Part shown: positions 48,694-58,321 of the stretch, piece after piece
Numbering within the stretch: position 1 is the stretch's first letter
Layout of the letters: the number at the start of each line of letters is the position of its first letter
DNA from: Candidatus Kaelpia aquatica
GTDB taxonomy: Bacteria > Omnitrophota > Gorgyraeia > Kaelpiales > Kaelpiaceae
Assembly (NCBI GenBank): GCA_030765335.1
Contig: JAVCCU010000025.1
Span: 6,784 to 70,783, forward strand
DNA: 64,000 bases
Direction of reading: 5' to 3'
Notes under the pieces: model-generated
Seen by the model: the letters and a program-made list of their open reading frames with translations, nothing else
Told to the model about the DNA's origin: nothing
Databases searched by the model: none
Program-made: the position numbers and the translations under genes

Positions 48694-48861
48694 TGTGCCC
48701 CAACTGCGCCCATCTTATACAGTAACATCTGCATACAAACGTATGCAGATGTTACCATTCGCACTCGATAAATCCTTTACAAAACAGGGGTTTGTAGTAT
48801 AGTTTATCAATATATAAAGAGTTGCGGGTTTTAGTTTAACAGAACCTCAGTCTCTCTGTTA
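48694..48861 (+). repeat. island right-end (attR-like) module, copy B
   Basis: ungapped 133/168 identity to 46438-46605 by hand count; contains perfect 15-bp hairpin 48722-48755. Confidence 0.85.
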
Positions 48862-48892
48862 GTCTCTGATAGAGTAAATTTATATTATTGTT

Positions 48893-49678
48893 ATGAATAA
48901 TGATTTTAAATATATATATGGTCCGGTATCATCTTGGAGACTAGGTTCTTCTTTGGGTATAGACCCTATATCTGGAGAGAATAAAATTTGCGGTTTTGAT
49001 TGTATCTATTGTCAGATAAAAGAACCAAGCTTATTGAGCCTAAAGAGAGAAATTTTTGTAAATACTGAATTAATTGCTGATGAATTACAATCCTTACCCT
49101 CTGGTTTAAACATTGATTGTATTACTCTCTCAGGTAGGGGTGAGCCTACTTTGGCTTTAAACATTAAAGATATAACTAGTGCTGCAAAGAGCATCTTAGG
49201 TCATCCAGTTGCGCTTCTTACTAACTCTACAATGCTTTTAAGAGAAGATGTTAGAGATGATATCTCTGACATTGATTTTGTAATAGCCAAGATAGATGCT
49301 TCTAGTAATGAATATTTAAGGGCCATAAATAAGCCGCATGAAGATTTAGATTTTTTAAGCATCTTAGATGGAATTAAGAGGTTTAGAGTTAATTATAAAG
49401 GAAAATTTGGAATTCAGATTATGTTTTTAAAGTCGAATGAGTCTGAGGCTAAAGGTATTGCAAGGCTGGTCTCTGAGTTAGCACCGGATGAGGTCCAGCT
49501 TAATACCCCCTTGCGTGATTCTGCAGTCAAGGCTTTATCAAAAGAGGAGATGGGCAGAATAACAGAATTCTTTAAGGACTTTAATGTAATTTCGGTTTAT
49601 GATAGAGAGAAGAAAATAGTAGAGTCAATAAGTGAGGAAGATACAATGAGAAGAAGGGGGAAGAACCATGATAGTTGA
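48893..49678 (+). CDS. radical SAM protein (COG0731/TYW1-like Fe-S oxidoreductase)
   Basis: YGPVSSWRLGSSLGID, CGFDCIYC, SGRGEPTL, LTN. Confidence 0.85.
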   Translation: MNNDFKYIYGPVSSWRLGSSLGIDPISGENKICGFDCIYCQIKEPSLLSLKREIFVNTELIADELQSLPSGLNIDCITLSGRGEPTLALNIKDITSAAKSILGHPVALLTNSTMLLREDVRDDISDIDFVIAKIDASSNEYLRAINKPHEDLDFLSILDGIKRFRVNYKGKFGIQIMFLKSNESEAKGIARLVSELAPDEVQLNTPLRDSAVKALSKEEMGRITEFFKDFNVISVYDREKKIVESISEEDTMRRRGKNHDS

Positions 49679-49901
49679 TATAACTCACCTAAAACCCAAG
49701 GAGAGCGGCGTGGTTGTTGAGATAAAGGGCGGCACTGGCCTTATTGACCGCCTTAAAAGCATGGGCATAAGAGTTAGCAAGCGGGTAAGTAAGGTTAGCT
49801 CTCATTTTTGGAGAGGTCCGCAGACTATTGAGATTGATAATTTTACAGTTGCTATCGGCCATGGAATGGCTAAGAAGATTATAGTAGATACAGATAAATG
49901 A
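49668..49901 (+). CDS. feoA: ferrous iron transport protein A
   Basis: RLKSMGI, GP, VAIGHGMAKKI; precedes feoB. Confidence 0.9.
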   Translation: MIVDITHLKPKESGVVVEIKGGTGLIDRLKSMGIRVSKRVSKVSSHFWRGPQTIEIDNFTVAIGHGMAKKIIVDTDK

Positions 49902-51607
49902 AAAACGTTCTATTAGTTGGAAATCCCAATGTAGGTAAGAGCGCTATATTCTCTCGTCTTACAGGGGCAAGAGTTGTTATATCTAACTTTCCCGGCTCAA
50001 CCGTTGAATATACAAAAGGCCGGAGCAAGATCTTTGGAGATGTTGTAGATGTAATAGATATCCCAGGTACTTATAGTTTAAAGCCTAATTGTTGCGCTGA
50101 AGAGATTGCAGTCAAGATGCTTGATCAGGGCGATGTCATTGTAAATGTAGTTGACGCGACGAATTTAGAGAGAAATCTCTATCTTACTCTAGAATTAATA
50201 GAGAGAGGTTCTCCTGTTATAGTTGCGTTAAATATCTGGGATGAGACAAAGCATCGTGGAATCAGTATAGATATTAAGAGATTAGAAGAGCTGCTAGGGG
50301 TGCCTGTTGTAAGTACTTGCGGCTTGACGGGGGAAGGCATAAGGGAGTTAGCATTAAAGATGAAAGATCTAAAGCCAAAACATAGAGAGGATGTTTCTGA
50401 TGAGCAGCGTTGGATAGAGATAGGCAATATTACTCAAGAGGTGCAGAAGCTTCACCACAGGCATCATACGTTTCTTGAGATTTTAGAAGGTTTGAGTATT
50501 AGACCTTTTAGCGGTTTGATCATAGGGCTTCTTATTATGGCAGTCTCTTTCTTTGTGGTCAGACTTGTAGGCGAGGGCATTATTAATTATCTATTGGATC
50601 CGTTATTTGAAAATTACTGGCTTCCTATAATGGACAGCCTAAGTGCCGTTATCTCTAAGTTTAGTTTTTTGCATTATATAGTAATAGGCAGGCTAATAGA
50701 TGGAGGGATAGATTTTGGGCTCTCATTTGGGCTTTTGACTACAGGTCTCTATGTACCCATCGTTATGGTTGCTCCTTATATTTTGAGCTTCTATTTTGTT
50801 TTAGGGCTTATGGAGGATTTTGGTTATCTTCCACGTCTTGCTGTTTTAGTTGATAATGTGATGCATAAGTTGGGATTACACGGTTATGCTGCTGTGGGGA
50901 TGATCTTAGGACTAGGCTGCAATGTCTCTGGTGCTCTATCGGTACGATTACTCGAAAGTAAGAGGGAGAAGTTTATTGCTTCAACGCTTCTTAGCATTGC
51001 GGTGCCCTGCATGGCTCAGATTGCCGTTATAGTTGGACTATTAGGTGCAAGAAGTCATAAGGCGGTAATGGTTGTATTTTTAACCCTTCTTTTGCTTTGG
51101 TTCATAATAGGCTATGTTTTAAATAAGGTTTTAAAAGGGGAGAGCATCCCTTTGATGCTTGAGATTCCTCCATATAGAAGGCCTCAGTTAGGAGCGGTCT
51201 TAAAAAAACTCTGGATGCGGATATCAGGTTTTTTACTCACTGCGATACCCTATGTATTATTAGGCGTTCTTTTGGTTAATATGCTCTATGCTTTTGGGGT
51301 AGTAGATTTCTTTGCTCGCATTTTTTCACCGCTGCTTAAAAATATCTGGGGTCTGCCATCAGAGGCAATATCGGCATTATTAGTTGGATTTTTAAGAAAA
51401 GATGTTGCTGTGGGTATGTTGGGACCAATGGGTTTAACATTGAAGCAGCTTACTATAGGCTGTGTTATTCTTGCCATATACTTTCCCTGTTTTGCTACTT
51501 TCATAGTCTTATTTAAAGAGTTGGGGTTAAGAGATATGCTAAAAGCGGCAGTTATTATGATATCTGTAGCGATTATAGTAGGCGGAGCACTTAACTTCAT
51601 ACTTTAG
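49898..51607 (+). CDS. feoB: ferrous iron transporter B
   Basis: GNPNVGKS, DIPG, DATNLERNLYL, GLGCNV, YFPCFAT; TM domain. Confidence 0.95.
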   Translation: MKNVLLVGNPNVGKSAIFSRLTGARVVISNFPGSTVEYTKGRSKIFGDVVDVIDIPGTYSLKPNCCAEEIAVKMLDQGDVIVNVVDATNLERNLYLTLELIERGSPVIVALNIWDETKHRGISIDIKRLEELLGVPVVSTCGLTGEGIRELALKMKDLKPKHREDVSDEQRWIEIGNITQEVQKLHHRHHTFLEILEGLSIRPFSGLIIGLLIMAVSFFVVRLVGEGIINYLLDPLFENYWLPIMDSLSAVISKFSFLHYIVIGRLIDGGIDFGLSFGLLTTGLYVPIVMVAPYILSFYFVLGLMEDFGYLPRLAVLVDNVMHKLGLHGYAAVGMILGLGCNVSGALSVRLLESKREKFIASTLLSIAVPCMAQIAVIVGLLGARSHKAVMVVFLTLLLLWFIIGYVLNKVLKGESIPLMLEIPPYRRPQLGAVLKKLWMRISGFLLTAIPYVLLGVLLVNMLYAFGVVDFFARIFSPLLKNIWGLPSEAISALLVGFLRKDVAVGMLGPMGLTLKQLTIGCVILAIYFPCFATFIVLFKELGLRDMLKAAVIMISVAIIVGGALNFIL

Positions 51608-51765
51608 CTACAAGTTATATAAATTTTTCTTTAAGAAATAGTATTTTAGCAGGAAATATTCAGATTTAAACAGAGAGTTAAAATATCATATATTCAAGTT
51701 CTTTTAAAATGGGCTGGGGATTTATCTATTTGACTTTTAAGTCCTTATTATTTAGAATTCTTGCT

Positions 51766-52716
51766 ATGAAAAACTTCAAAATCTTTGTTGTATTTATAGT
51801 CTTTTTTAGCTTTCTGAACAATGCGTTCTCTTTTTGGATCTGGACTCCTGAGACAGGTAAGTGGATAAACCCTGATAGCTATGTTCGGGATACGCCTGAT
51901 GAACAATTTAATCTGGGTTATAAGAAATTTCAGGAGGAAGACTTTAAAGGAGCTATTGAGGCTTTTAAAAAACTCGTCAAATATTATGAAAAGTCAAAGT
52001 ATGCTCCGGAAGCACAGTTCTACATTGGCCAGGCTCAGGAGAGGCTAGGTAAATATTATCCGGCATTTAAAGCATACCAGAAGATTATAGACACATATCC
52101 TTATACATCAAGAGTCGATGAGGTTATATCTTTGGAATATAAGATAGCCAATCTCTATTTTGTGAAAGATAACGAAGATAGGAATTTGATGGAGAAGATA
52201 TCTTTCTTAGATGATAATTCAAGAGCTATTGAGATATTTAAAAAAGTAGTTGATAACTCTCCTTACGGAGAGTATGCGCCTTTGGCCCAATTTAAATTGG
52301 GCCTGGTATATAAGCGTATAGGCGATTATTCCGGAGCAGAAGAGGCTTTTAAAAATCTTATTACAGGTTATCCAGGCTCTGAATTGGCGGATGATGCAGT
52401 TATACAGCTTGCAGAGGTTGCATCAGAGAGGGAGGTTAAGGTAGACTATTCTCAGGAAGGGACGGAGGTTGCAATTAAGAGATTAGAAGAGATGTCCCAA
52501 GTTGGTGAGATGCCTGAAGAAGGCGATAAAATATTAGCAAGGCTAAAAGCGCGTAAGGCAGAGAGCCTTTATAATACAGCCAAGTTTTATGAGAAGCAGA
52601 AGCTATATGATAGCGCCGTGATATATTATGAAGAAGTAGTTAAACAGTATCCCAATACTGATTGGGCTGTAATAGCTGCGGGGAAAGTGGCAGCATTTAA
52701 GAAGAAGGAAAATTAA
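51766..52716 (+). CDS. bamD: TPR outer-membrane assembly factor BamD-like (start revised)
   Basis: signal peptide; YP-S-A TPR repeats; lies upstream of lptE-holA. Confidence 0.7.
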   Translation: MKNFKIFVVFIVFFSFLNNAFSFWIWTPETGKWINPDSYVRDTPDEQFNLGYKKFQEEDFKGAIEAFKKLVKYYEKSKYAPEAQFYIGQAQERLGKYYPAFKAYQKIIDTYPYTSRVDEVISLEYKIANLYFVKDNEDRNLMEKISFLDDNSRAIEIFKKVVDNSPYGEYAPLAQFKLGLVYKRIGDYSGAEEAFKNLITGYPGSELADDAVIQLAEVASEREVKVDYSQEGTEVAIKRLEEMSQVGEMPEEGDKILARLKARKAESLYNTAKFYEKQKLYDSAVIYYEEVVKQYPNTDWAVIAAGKVAAFKKKEN

Positions 52717-53235
52717 TTGAAAAGACCAACAGCATTACTATTGGCTGCTTTAATTGTTTCAGGTTGCGGCTACACTTTAAGAAGTGTTCAAAACTTACCT
52801 TATAAGACAATCTATATCCCGACGTTCTCTAATAGAATTTCTATAAATAGCATCTCTTCAGATTATAAGCTCTACTATCGTGGTCTTGAGATAGAGCTTG
52901 AGAATATTTTGAGAGAGAGATTTAGATATGATGGTAATGTTCTTCCTGTTTCTAACATGCAAGATGCTGATATAGCTATAGAAGGCGAGATATTAGATTA
53001 TAATAAAAGTGCTTTAAGCTATGCTAGCGATGAAGATGTTGATGAGTATAGGATTACGGTTAGCACAAATGTCCGCCTCCTAGAAAAAGAAGAAGAGCTG
53101 TGGAGTGAGAGTATATCTGGAGAGTCAACATATCTGACAACAGGAGCTAACGCTAAAAGCGAGACTCAGGCTTTAAGGGATGCTCTAGGTGATCTATCCA
53201 GAAAGATTGTAGATAGAGTAGTAGCTAACTGGTGA
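52717..53235 (+). CDS. lptE: LPS assembly lipoprotein LptE-like
   Basis: lipobox VSGCGY, TIYIPTFSN; upstream of holA. Confidence 0.8.
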   Translation: MKRPTALLLAALIVSGCGYTLRSVQNLPYKTIYIPTFSNRISINSISSDYKLYYRGLEIELENILRERFRYDGNVLPVSNMQDADIAIEGEILDYNKSALSYASDEDVDEYRITVSTNVRLLEKEEELWSESISGESTYLTTGANAKSETQALRDALGDLSRKIVDRVVANW

Positions 53236-54077
53236 GTACTTTTTTAATACATTCAAAAGATAGTACCCTTGCTGAGATATTCCTAGAGTCTCAGGTCAAA
53301 AGTTTAAATCTCAAGAAAGTTCAAAGATATTCTCTTAAATCTAGAAGTTTTGAAGATATTATTGCTGAGATATTTAATTGCTCTCTTTTTGAAGATAAAA
53401 CATTATATTTCCTAGATAATGCCGAAGCTCTTAAACCTAAAAATATAGCCTTCTTAAAAGAGAAGATAGATTTTACACAACTCAAAGATAGCTATATTTT
53501 TAATCTTACAAGTAAGACTTATTGGTTGCAGCTGCCTAAATGGGAAGGTATCAAAGGGTTAAAGATTATGGAATTACGATTTAACCCGAGCGATATAAAG
53601 TTATATCTCGAGGAGTTTAGCGGTAAGAAAATCTCCCAAGAAGTTATAAGTTATATAGTAAAGATATATAACAAGAGCAGGGATTTTAAATCTATTCTTG
53701 ATGCTGTTTCAAAGGTTGAGCTGCTTTATCCCGAGAAAGATTATATAGACTTAGGTTCTCTTAGTGAATTTCTCCAGGAGAGAGAGCCGCCCGAGATGAA
53801 GTATCTTTACGAGAGTATATTGGCAAAGGATGCAAAACGTTCTCTTGAGACAGTCTTGTCTCTAAAGGAAAAAGGCTATAAGGATGAGAAAATACTGCTC
53901 TCTCTTATGCCTCGCTTTCTTGATAATGTAGATAATAAAGAGGCTGATTTTATTGTTCATCTGGAGAAGAGTTTTAAAACTGGCAAGAAAGATGCCTACT
54001 CTTTGATTTTGGATTTAATCCTGTTTTTTACACAGAGAGAGATCTTTAAAGTATCTATCGGAGTTTTTAATGATTAA
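53232..54077 (+). CDS. holA: DNA polymerase III delta subunit (divergent)
   Basis: SLF motif, KVELLY, C-terminal FKTG; synteny with lptE. Confidence 0.65.
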   Translation: MSTFLIHSKDSTLAEIFLESQVKSLNLKKVQRYSLKSRSFEDIIAEIFNCSLFEDKTLYFLDNAEALKPKNIAFLKEKIDFTQLKDSYIFNLTSKTYWLQLPKWEGIKGLKIMELRFNPSDIKLYLEEFSGKKISQEVISYIVKIYNKSRDFKSILDAVSKVELLYPEKDYIDLGSLSEFLQEREPPEMKYLYESILAKDAKRSLETVLSLKEKGYKDEKILLSLMPRFLDNVDNKEADFIVHLEKSFKTGKKDAYSLILDLILFFTQREIFKVSIGVFND

Positions 54078-54357
54078 AGAAATAATAAAAGTGGGAGACA
54101 GTTTTATAGAGGCTGTTTCAATTAAATTAGGGAATCATAATCTTATTATTCTAAGGGGTAGTCGAGGTTATATCATGTGCGGTTATCTTAATATGGATGT
54201 AGCAGATAATTTTGGAGATATTGCAATTAAGATAACAGGAGTTGGGACAATTCAGGAAGCATTGGATACAGCTGCTAAAGAGGTTAGCAGGGAGGCTAAG
54301 AATATCGGCATCTATGAGGGCCAGAGTATTAATGAGATTCTTAAGTTAATTGTATAG
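54070..54357 (+). CDS. YunC/DUF1805 family protein
   Basis: GYIMCGYLN, ITGV, GIYEG. Confidence 0.82.
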   Translation: MIKEIIKVGDSFIEAVSIKLGNHNLIILRGSRGYIMCGYLNMDVADNFGDIAIKITGVGTIQEALDTAAKEVSREAKNIGIYEGQSINEILKLIV

Positions 54358-54369
54358 GAGGTATAAGCT

Positions 54370-54879
54370 ATGAAAAGATTAGTCTTTGTCGTTACCGGTT
54401 TAATCTTAATGTTATCTTCTTTAGGTTATGCTCAAGATAGAGTGCTTGTATTAAGAGAGGCAAAAGAACACAGGAAAGCAACAGCTGCAGTAGAGGCTTA
54501 TTTAGAAGGCAATACTTTAGAAGTAACAGTAATAGCCAGGATGGATAGGACAAAGCCCAGAATATACAATGTAATAGTGATTGGTCCTAAGATTGGCCGT
54601 TTGGTACCCAAGATGCGTGATACTCTCTATCCCACCATGGATAACGAAGAGCCTTTCCCGACAAAGAAGAGCGGTGGATTTATAAGATTCTCTAGTAAAG
54701 ATGAGGTAAAGAAAACGTCAGGGACGCTTACAAAAGAACTCTTAAAATTTGAGATTCCAGGTGAGAAAGTGATAGCTGGGAAGCGTTATCAGATTTGGGT
54801 TAAGATAGAGAGCATGCAGAGAGGCGGAGATAAAGAGTCGTTCAAGTTTGACTTAGAGGATTTTGCCTCCTATTTTTAA
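54370..54879 (+). CDS. secreted hypothetical protein
   Basis: AGGAGG RBS; signal peptide ending GYA. Confidence 0.7.
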   Translation: MKRLVFVVTGLILMLSSLGYAQDRVLVLREAKEHRKATAAVEAYLEGNTLEVTVIARMDRTKPRIYNVIVIGPKIGRLVPKMRDTLYPTMDNEEPFPTKKSGGFIRFSSKDEVKKTSGTLTKELLKFEIPGEKVIAGKRYQIWVKIESMQRGGDKESFKFDLEDFASYF

Positions 54880-55091
54880 GAAATGTTTTTATAATTTTTT
54901 CTCTTTAAAATTTAAATTAGATATTTAATTTTTAGCTTGCTTGATGCAAATAAATTTAGTATTTTAATCCAAACTACTACGAAGTTGTTCTACCTCAAAG
55001 AAGAGTTGTGAAATTATCCAAATTGCTGTTGATTAGTTAGTTCTTATTGGTATAATAGTGCTCAAATTTTAATCATTATTAAGGAGGGTTT

Positions 55092-58000
55092 ATGCCGAAG
55101 CGTTCCGATATCCACAAAGTTTTAATAATAGGATCAGGCCCGATAATTATAGGTCAGGCTTGCGAGTTTGACTATTCAGGGACTCAAGCCTGTAAGGCTC
55201 TTAAAGAAGAAGGTTATGAGGTTATCCTTGTTAATTCTAACCCGGCAACTATTATGACTGACCCTGAAATGGCTGATAAGACATACATCGAGCCTTTAAC
55301 GGTTGAGACTATAGCGAAAATTATAGAGAAGGAGAGACCTGATGCCTTGCTCCCTAATCTTGGCGGTCAAACCGGATTAAATCTATCTTCTGCTTTACAT
55401 AAAGAAGGAATACTTAATAAATATAATGTTGAGGTAATAGGAGTAAAGATTGATGCTATAGAGCGCGGTGAAGACAGGCTGGCTTTCAAAGAGACGATGA
55501 ATAAGCTTGGAATTCCGCTTGCAAAGTCTGATGTGTCTCATTCAGTTGAGGAAGCAGAGAAAATAGCTAATGAGCTAGGTTATCCGGTTGTGCTGCGTCC
55601 TGCATATACTATGGGCGGTACAGGAGGAGGCATAGCTTATAACATTGAAGAGTTAAGGACTATTGTTGCGCGTGGCCTTGCAGTAAGTATTGTAGGCCAA
55701 GTTTTAGTTGAAGAGGCTGTTGTCGGCTGGGAGGAGCTTGAGCTTGAAGTAGTCCGTGATGAAAAAGATCAAAAAATTACAGTATGTTTTATTGAAAATG
55801 TAGATGCGATGGGTGTACATACCGGAGACAGCTTCTGCGTTGCTCCTATGCTTACGGTACCTAAAGATTTACAGAAAAAATTACAGGATATTTCATATAA
55901 GATAGTTGATGCAATAGGTGTAATAGGTGGAACAAATGTTCAATTTGCCCATAATAAAAAAGATGGCAGAATCGTTGTTATTGAGATAAATCCCAGAACT
56001 TCTCGCTCATCAGCCCTTGCCTCAAAGGCAACAGGATTTCCTATTGCAAGAGTTTCAACCAAGCTTGCAGCAGGTCTAACAATGGATGAGATTCCTTACT
56101 GGAGAGACGGAACGTTAGAGAAGTATACACCCAGTGGTGATTATGTTGTAGTTAAATTTGCACGCTGGGCATTTGAAAAGTTTTCACAAGCAAAAGATAT
56201 ACTTGGTACTCAGATGAAAGCAGTGGGAGAGGCTATGAGTATTGCGAAAACCTTTAAGGAGTCTTTTCAAAAATCTATCAGGTCTCTTGAAATAAAGAGG
56301 TATGGTTTAGGAGGAGTAAAAAAGTTTAAAGACCTTTCGTTATATCAGCTAAAAAAGAAGTTAGTCCATCCTTCTAGTGAGAGAGTTTTTATTATATATG
56401 AAGCCTTAAGAAAAGGCATGACGGTAGAGGAGCTTTATGAGGTTACTCATATAGGAGAGTGGTTTTTAGGAGAGATGAAAGAGCTGGTTAATTTTGAGGA
56501 GAAGATAATTACTGAAGATTGGAAAAGTTTATCTAAGGATAACCTGAGAAAAGCTAAAGAGCTTGGCTTCTCTGACAAATATTTAGCCGCTCTCTTTAAC
56601 ATTAAAGAGATAGAAGTCAGAGAGAGGAGGATCTCTTTAGGTATAGAAGTTCGTTTTGAAGCTGTCCCTGTAAGCGGGATTGAAGATGCAGCCTACTATT
56701 ATTCGACCTATTCTCAAGGAGAAGATGAAGTCTCTGTTTCAGATAATAAGAAGATTATGATTCTTGGCGGAGGCCCTAATAGGATAGGCCAAGGTATAGA
56801 GTTTGACTATACTTGTGTCCATGCTACATTTGCTTTAAAGGACGAAGGCTTTGAAACTATCATGGTCAACTGTAATCCCGAGACCGTTTCTACTGATTAT
56901 GATACTTCTGATAAGCTGTATTTTGAGCCTTTAACAGTCGAAGATGTTTTAGCTATACACAAAAAAGAGAAGCCTCAAGGTGTTATTGTGCAATTTGGTG
57001 GTCAGACGCCGTTAAACATTGCTCAAGAATTAAAAGATTGCGGGGTTAATATATTAGGGACATCTCCTGAGAGTATCCATTTTGCAGAAGATAGAGAACG
57101 TTTTAGAAAAAAGATGATAGATTTAAATGTTCTTCAGACCGAGGGCGGCATAGCGCGTTCAGTAGATGAGGCTGTTAAGATAGCTGAAAATATCGGATAT
57201 CCCCTGATGGTTAGGCCCTCCTTTGTTTTAGGGGGACGGGGTATGGAGATCATATATGAGAAAGAGAGGCTATTAAAATATGCTGAAGAGGCGATAGATA
57301 TATCACCTGAATACCCAATGCTTATCGATAGATTTCTAGAGAATGCTGTTGAGCTTGAAGTTGATGCTTTATCTGATGGCGAAAATTCTTTCGTTGCATC
57401 TATCATGGAACATATTGAATATGCCGGAGTGCACTCTGGTGATTCTGCCTGCGTTATCCCAACCAGAACCATATCTAAAGAACATCTTGATAAAATAGAG
57501 GAGTATACAAAGGTAATAGCAAAAGAGCTTAAAGTCGTCGGGTTGATAAATATTCAGTATGCTATCTGTGATAATAAGGTCTATATCTTAGAGGCAAACC
57601 CCAGAGCGTCCCGTACAGTACCTCTAGTTTCAAAAATTACCGGAATACCTATAGCAAGGATCGCGACTCTTCTTATGTTGGGTAAAAAGATAAAAGATTT
57701 TAAGGAATTGAAAAAGTATGATCTGCCTTATTTTGGAGTCAAAGAGGCAGTATTTCCTTTTAATATGTTCCCCGAAGTTGACCCCGTATTGGGGCCTGAG
57801 ATGAAAGCAACAGGTGAGGTGATGGGAATATCCGATAGTTTCGGGCTTGCATTTTATAAGGCTCAAGAAGCTGCTGGAACCAAGCTTCCAACCTCAGGGT
57901 CTGTTCTATTGACAGTTAAAAATAAAGATAAAGAGTTGCTTCTTCCAATTGCAGAAGGGTTAGATAGATTAGGTTTTAAGATATATGCTACAGAGGGTAC

Positions 58001-58295
58001 AGCTGATTTTCTAGGAGATAATGGACTAGAAGTTTCAAAGGTAAAAAAGTTACACCAGGGCAGGCCTAATGTAGCAGATCTTATTAAAAATAAAGAGCTC
58101 CAGCTTATTATAAATACTCCTGTCGGTAAAGAGAGCAAGTATGATGATAGCTATATTAGAATTATGGCTATTCAGAATAAAATCTCTTACATGACTACTA
58201 TCTCAGCTGCATTGGCTGGAGTAGAAGGGATTGAAGCTGCTAAAGGTAAAGATCTTACAGTTAAGGCTTTGCAGGATTATTATAAAGATAAATAG
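55092..58295 (+). CDS. carB: carbamoyl-phosphate synthase large subunit
   Basis: MPKR, GSGPIIIGQACEFDYSG, two ATP-grasp halves, C-terminal MGS domain. Confidence 0.98.
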   Translation: MPKRSDIHKVLIIGSGPIIIGQACEFDYSGTQACKALKEEGYEVILVNSNPATIMTDPEMADKTYIEPLTVETIAKIIEKERPDALLPNLGGQTGLNLSSALHKEGILNKYNVEVIGVKIDAIERGEDRLAFKETMNKLGIPLAKSDVSHSVEEAEKIANELGYPVVLRPAYTMGGTGGGIAYNIEELRTIVARGLAVSIVGQVLVEEAVVGWEELELEVVRDEKDQKITVCFIENVDAMGVHTGDSFCVAPMLTVPKDLQKKLQDISYKIVDAIGVIGGTNVQFAHNKKDGRIVVIEINPRTSRSSALASKATGFPIARVSTKLAAGLTMDEIPYWRDGTLEKYTPSGDYVVVKFARWAFEKFSQAKDILGTQMKAVGEAMSIAKTFKESFQKSIRSLEIKRYGLGGVKKFKDLSLYQLKKKLVHPSSERVFIIYEALRKGMTVEELYEVTHIGEWFLGEMKELVNFEEKIITEDWKSLSKDNLRKAKELGFSDKYLAALFNIKEIEVRERRISLGIEVRFEAVPVSGIEDAAYYYSTYSQGEDEVSVSDNKKIMILGGGPNRIGQGIEFDYTCVHATFALKDEGFETIMVNCNPETVSTDYDTSDKLYFEPLTVEDVLAIHKKEKPQGVIVQFGGQTPLNIAQELKDCGVNILGTSPESIHFAEDRERFRKKMIDLNVLQTEGGIARSVDEAVKIAENIGYPLMVRPSFVLGGRGMEIIYEKERLLKYAEEAIDISPEYPMLIDRFLENAVELEVDALSDGENSFVASIMEHIEYAGVHSGDSACVIPTRTISKEHLDKIEEYTKVIAKELKVVGLINIQYAICDNKVYILEANPRASRTVPLVSKITGIPIARIATLLMLGKKIKDFKELKKYDLPYFGVKEAVFPFNMFPEVDPVLGPEMKATGEVMGISDSFGLAFYKAQEAAGTKLPTSGSVLLTVKNKDKELLLPIAEGLDRLGFKIYATEGTADFLGDNGLEVSKVKKLHQGRPNVADLIKNKELQLIINTPVGKESKYDDSYIRIMAIQNKISYMTTISAALAGVEGIEAAKGKDLTVKALQDYYKDK

Positions 58296-58321
58296 CAGTT
58301 CTTTTATCTTTTTACTCTGAT

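Larger units (their letters stand above)
46608..48861. mobile_element. older mini genomic island 2 (Fic cargo, no integrase)
   Basis: lies between att copy A and degenerate att copy B (AACCTCAGTCTCTCTGTTA). Confidence 0.7.

Noticed and set aside
48593-48802. 69-aa ORF
   Set aside because: It overlaps the non-coding att module and hairpins, has no RBS and has atypical composition.
55092-58295. carB without adjacent carA as a novel system
   Set aside because: Unlinked carA and carB are common, and the protein looks canonical.
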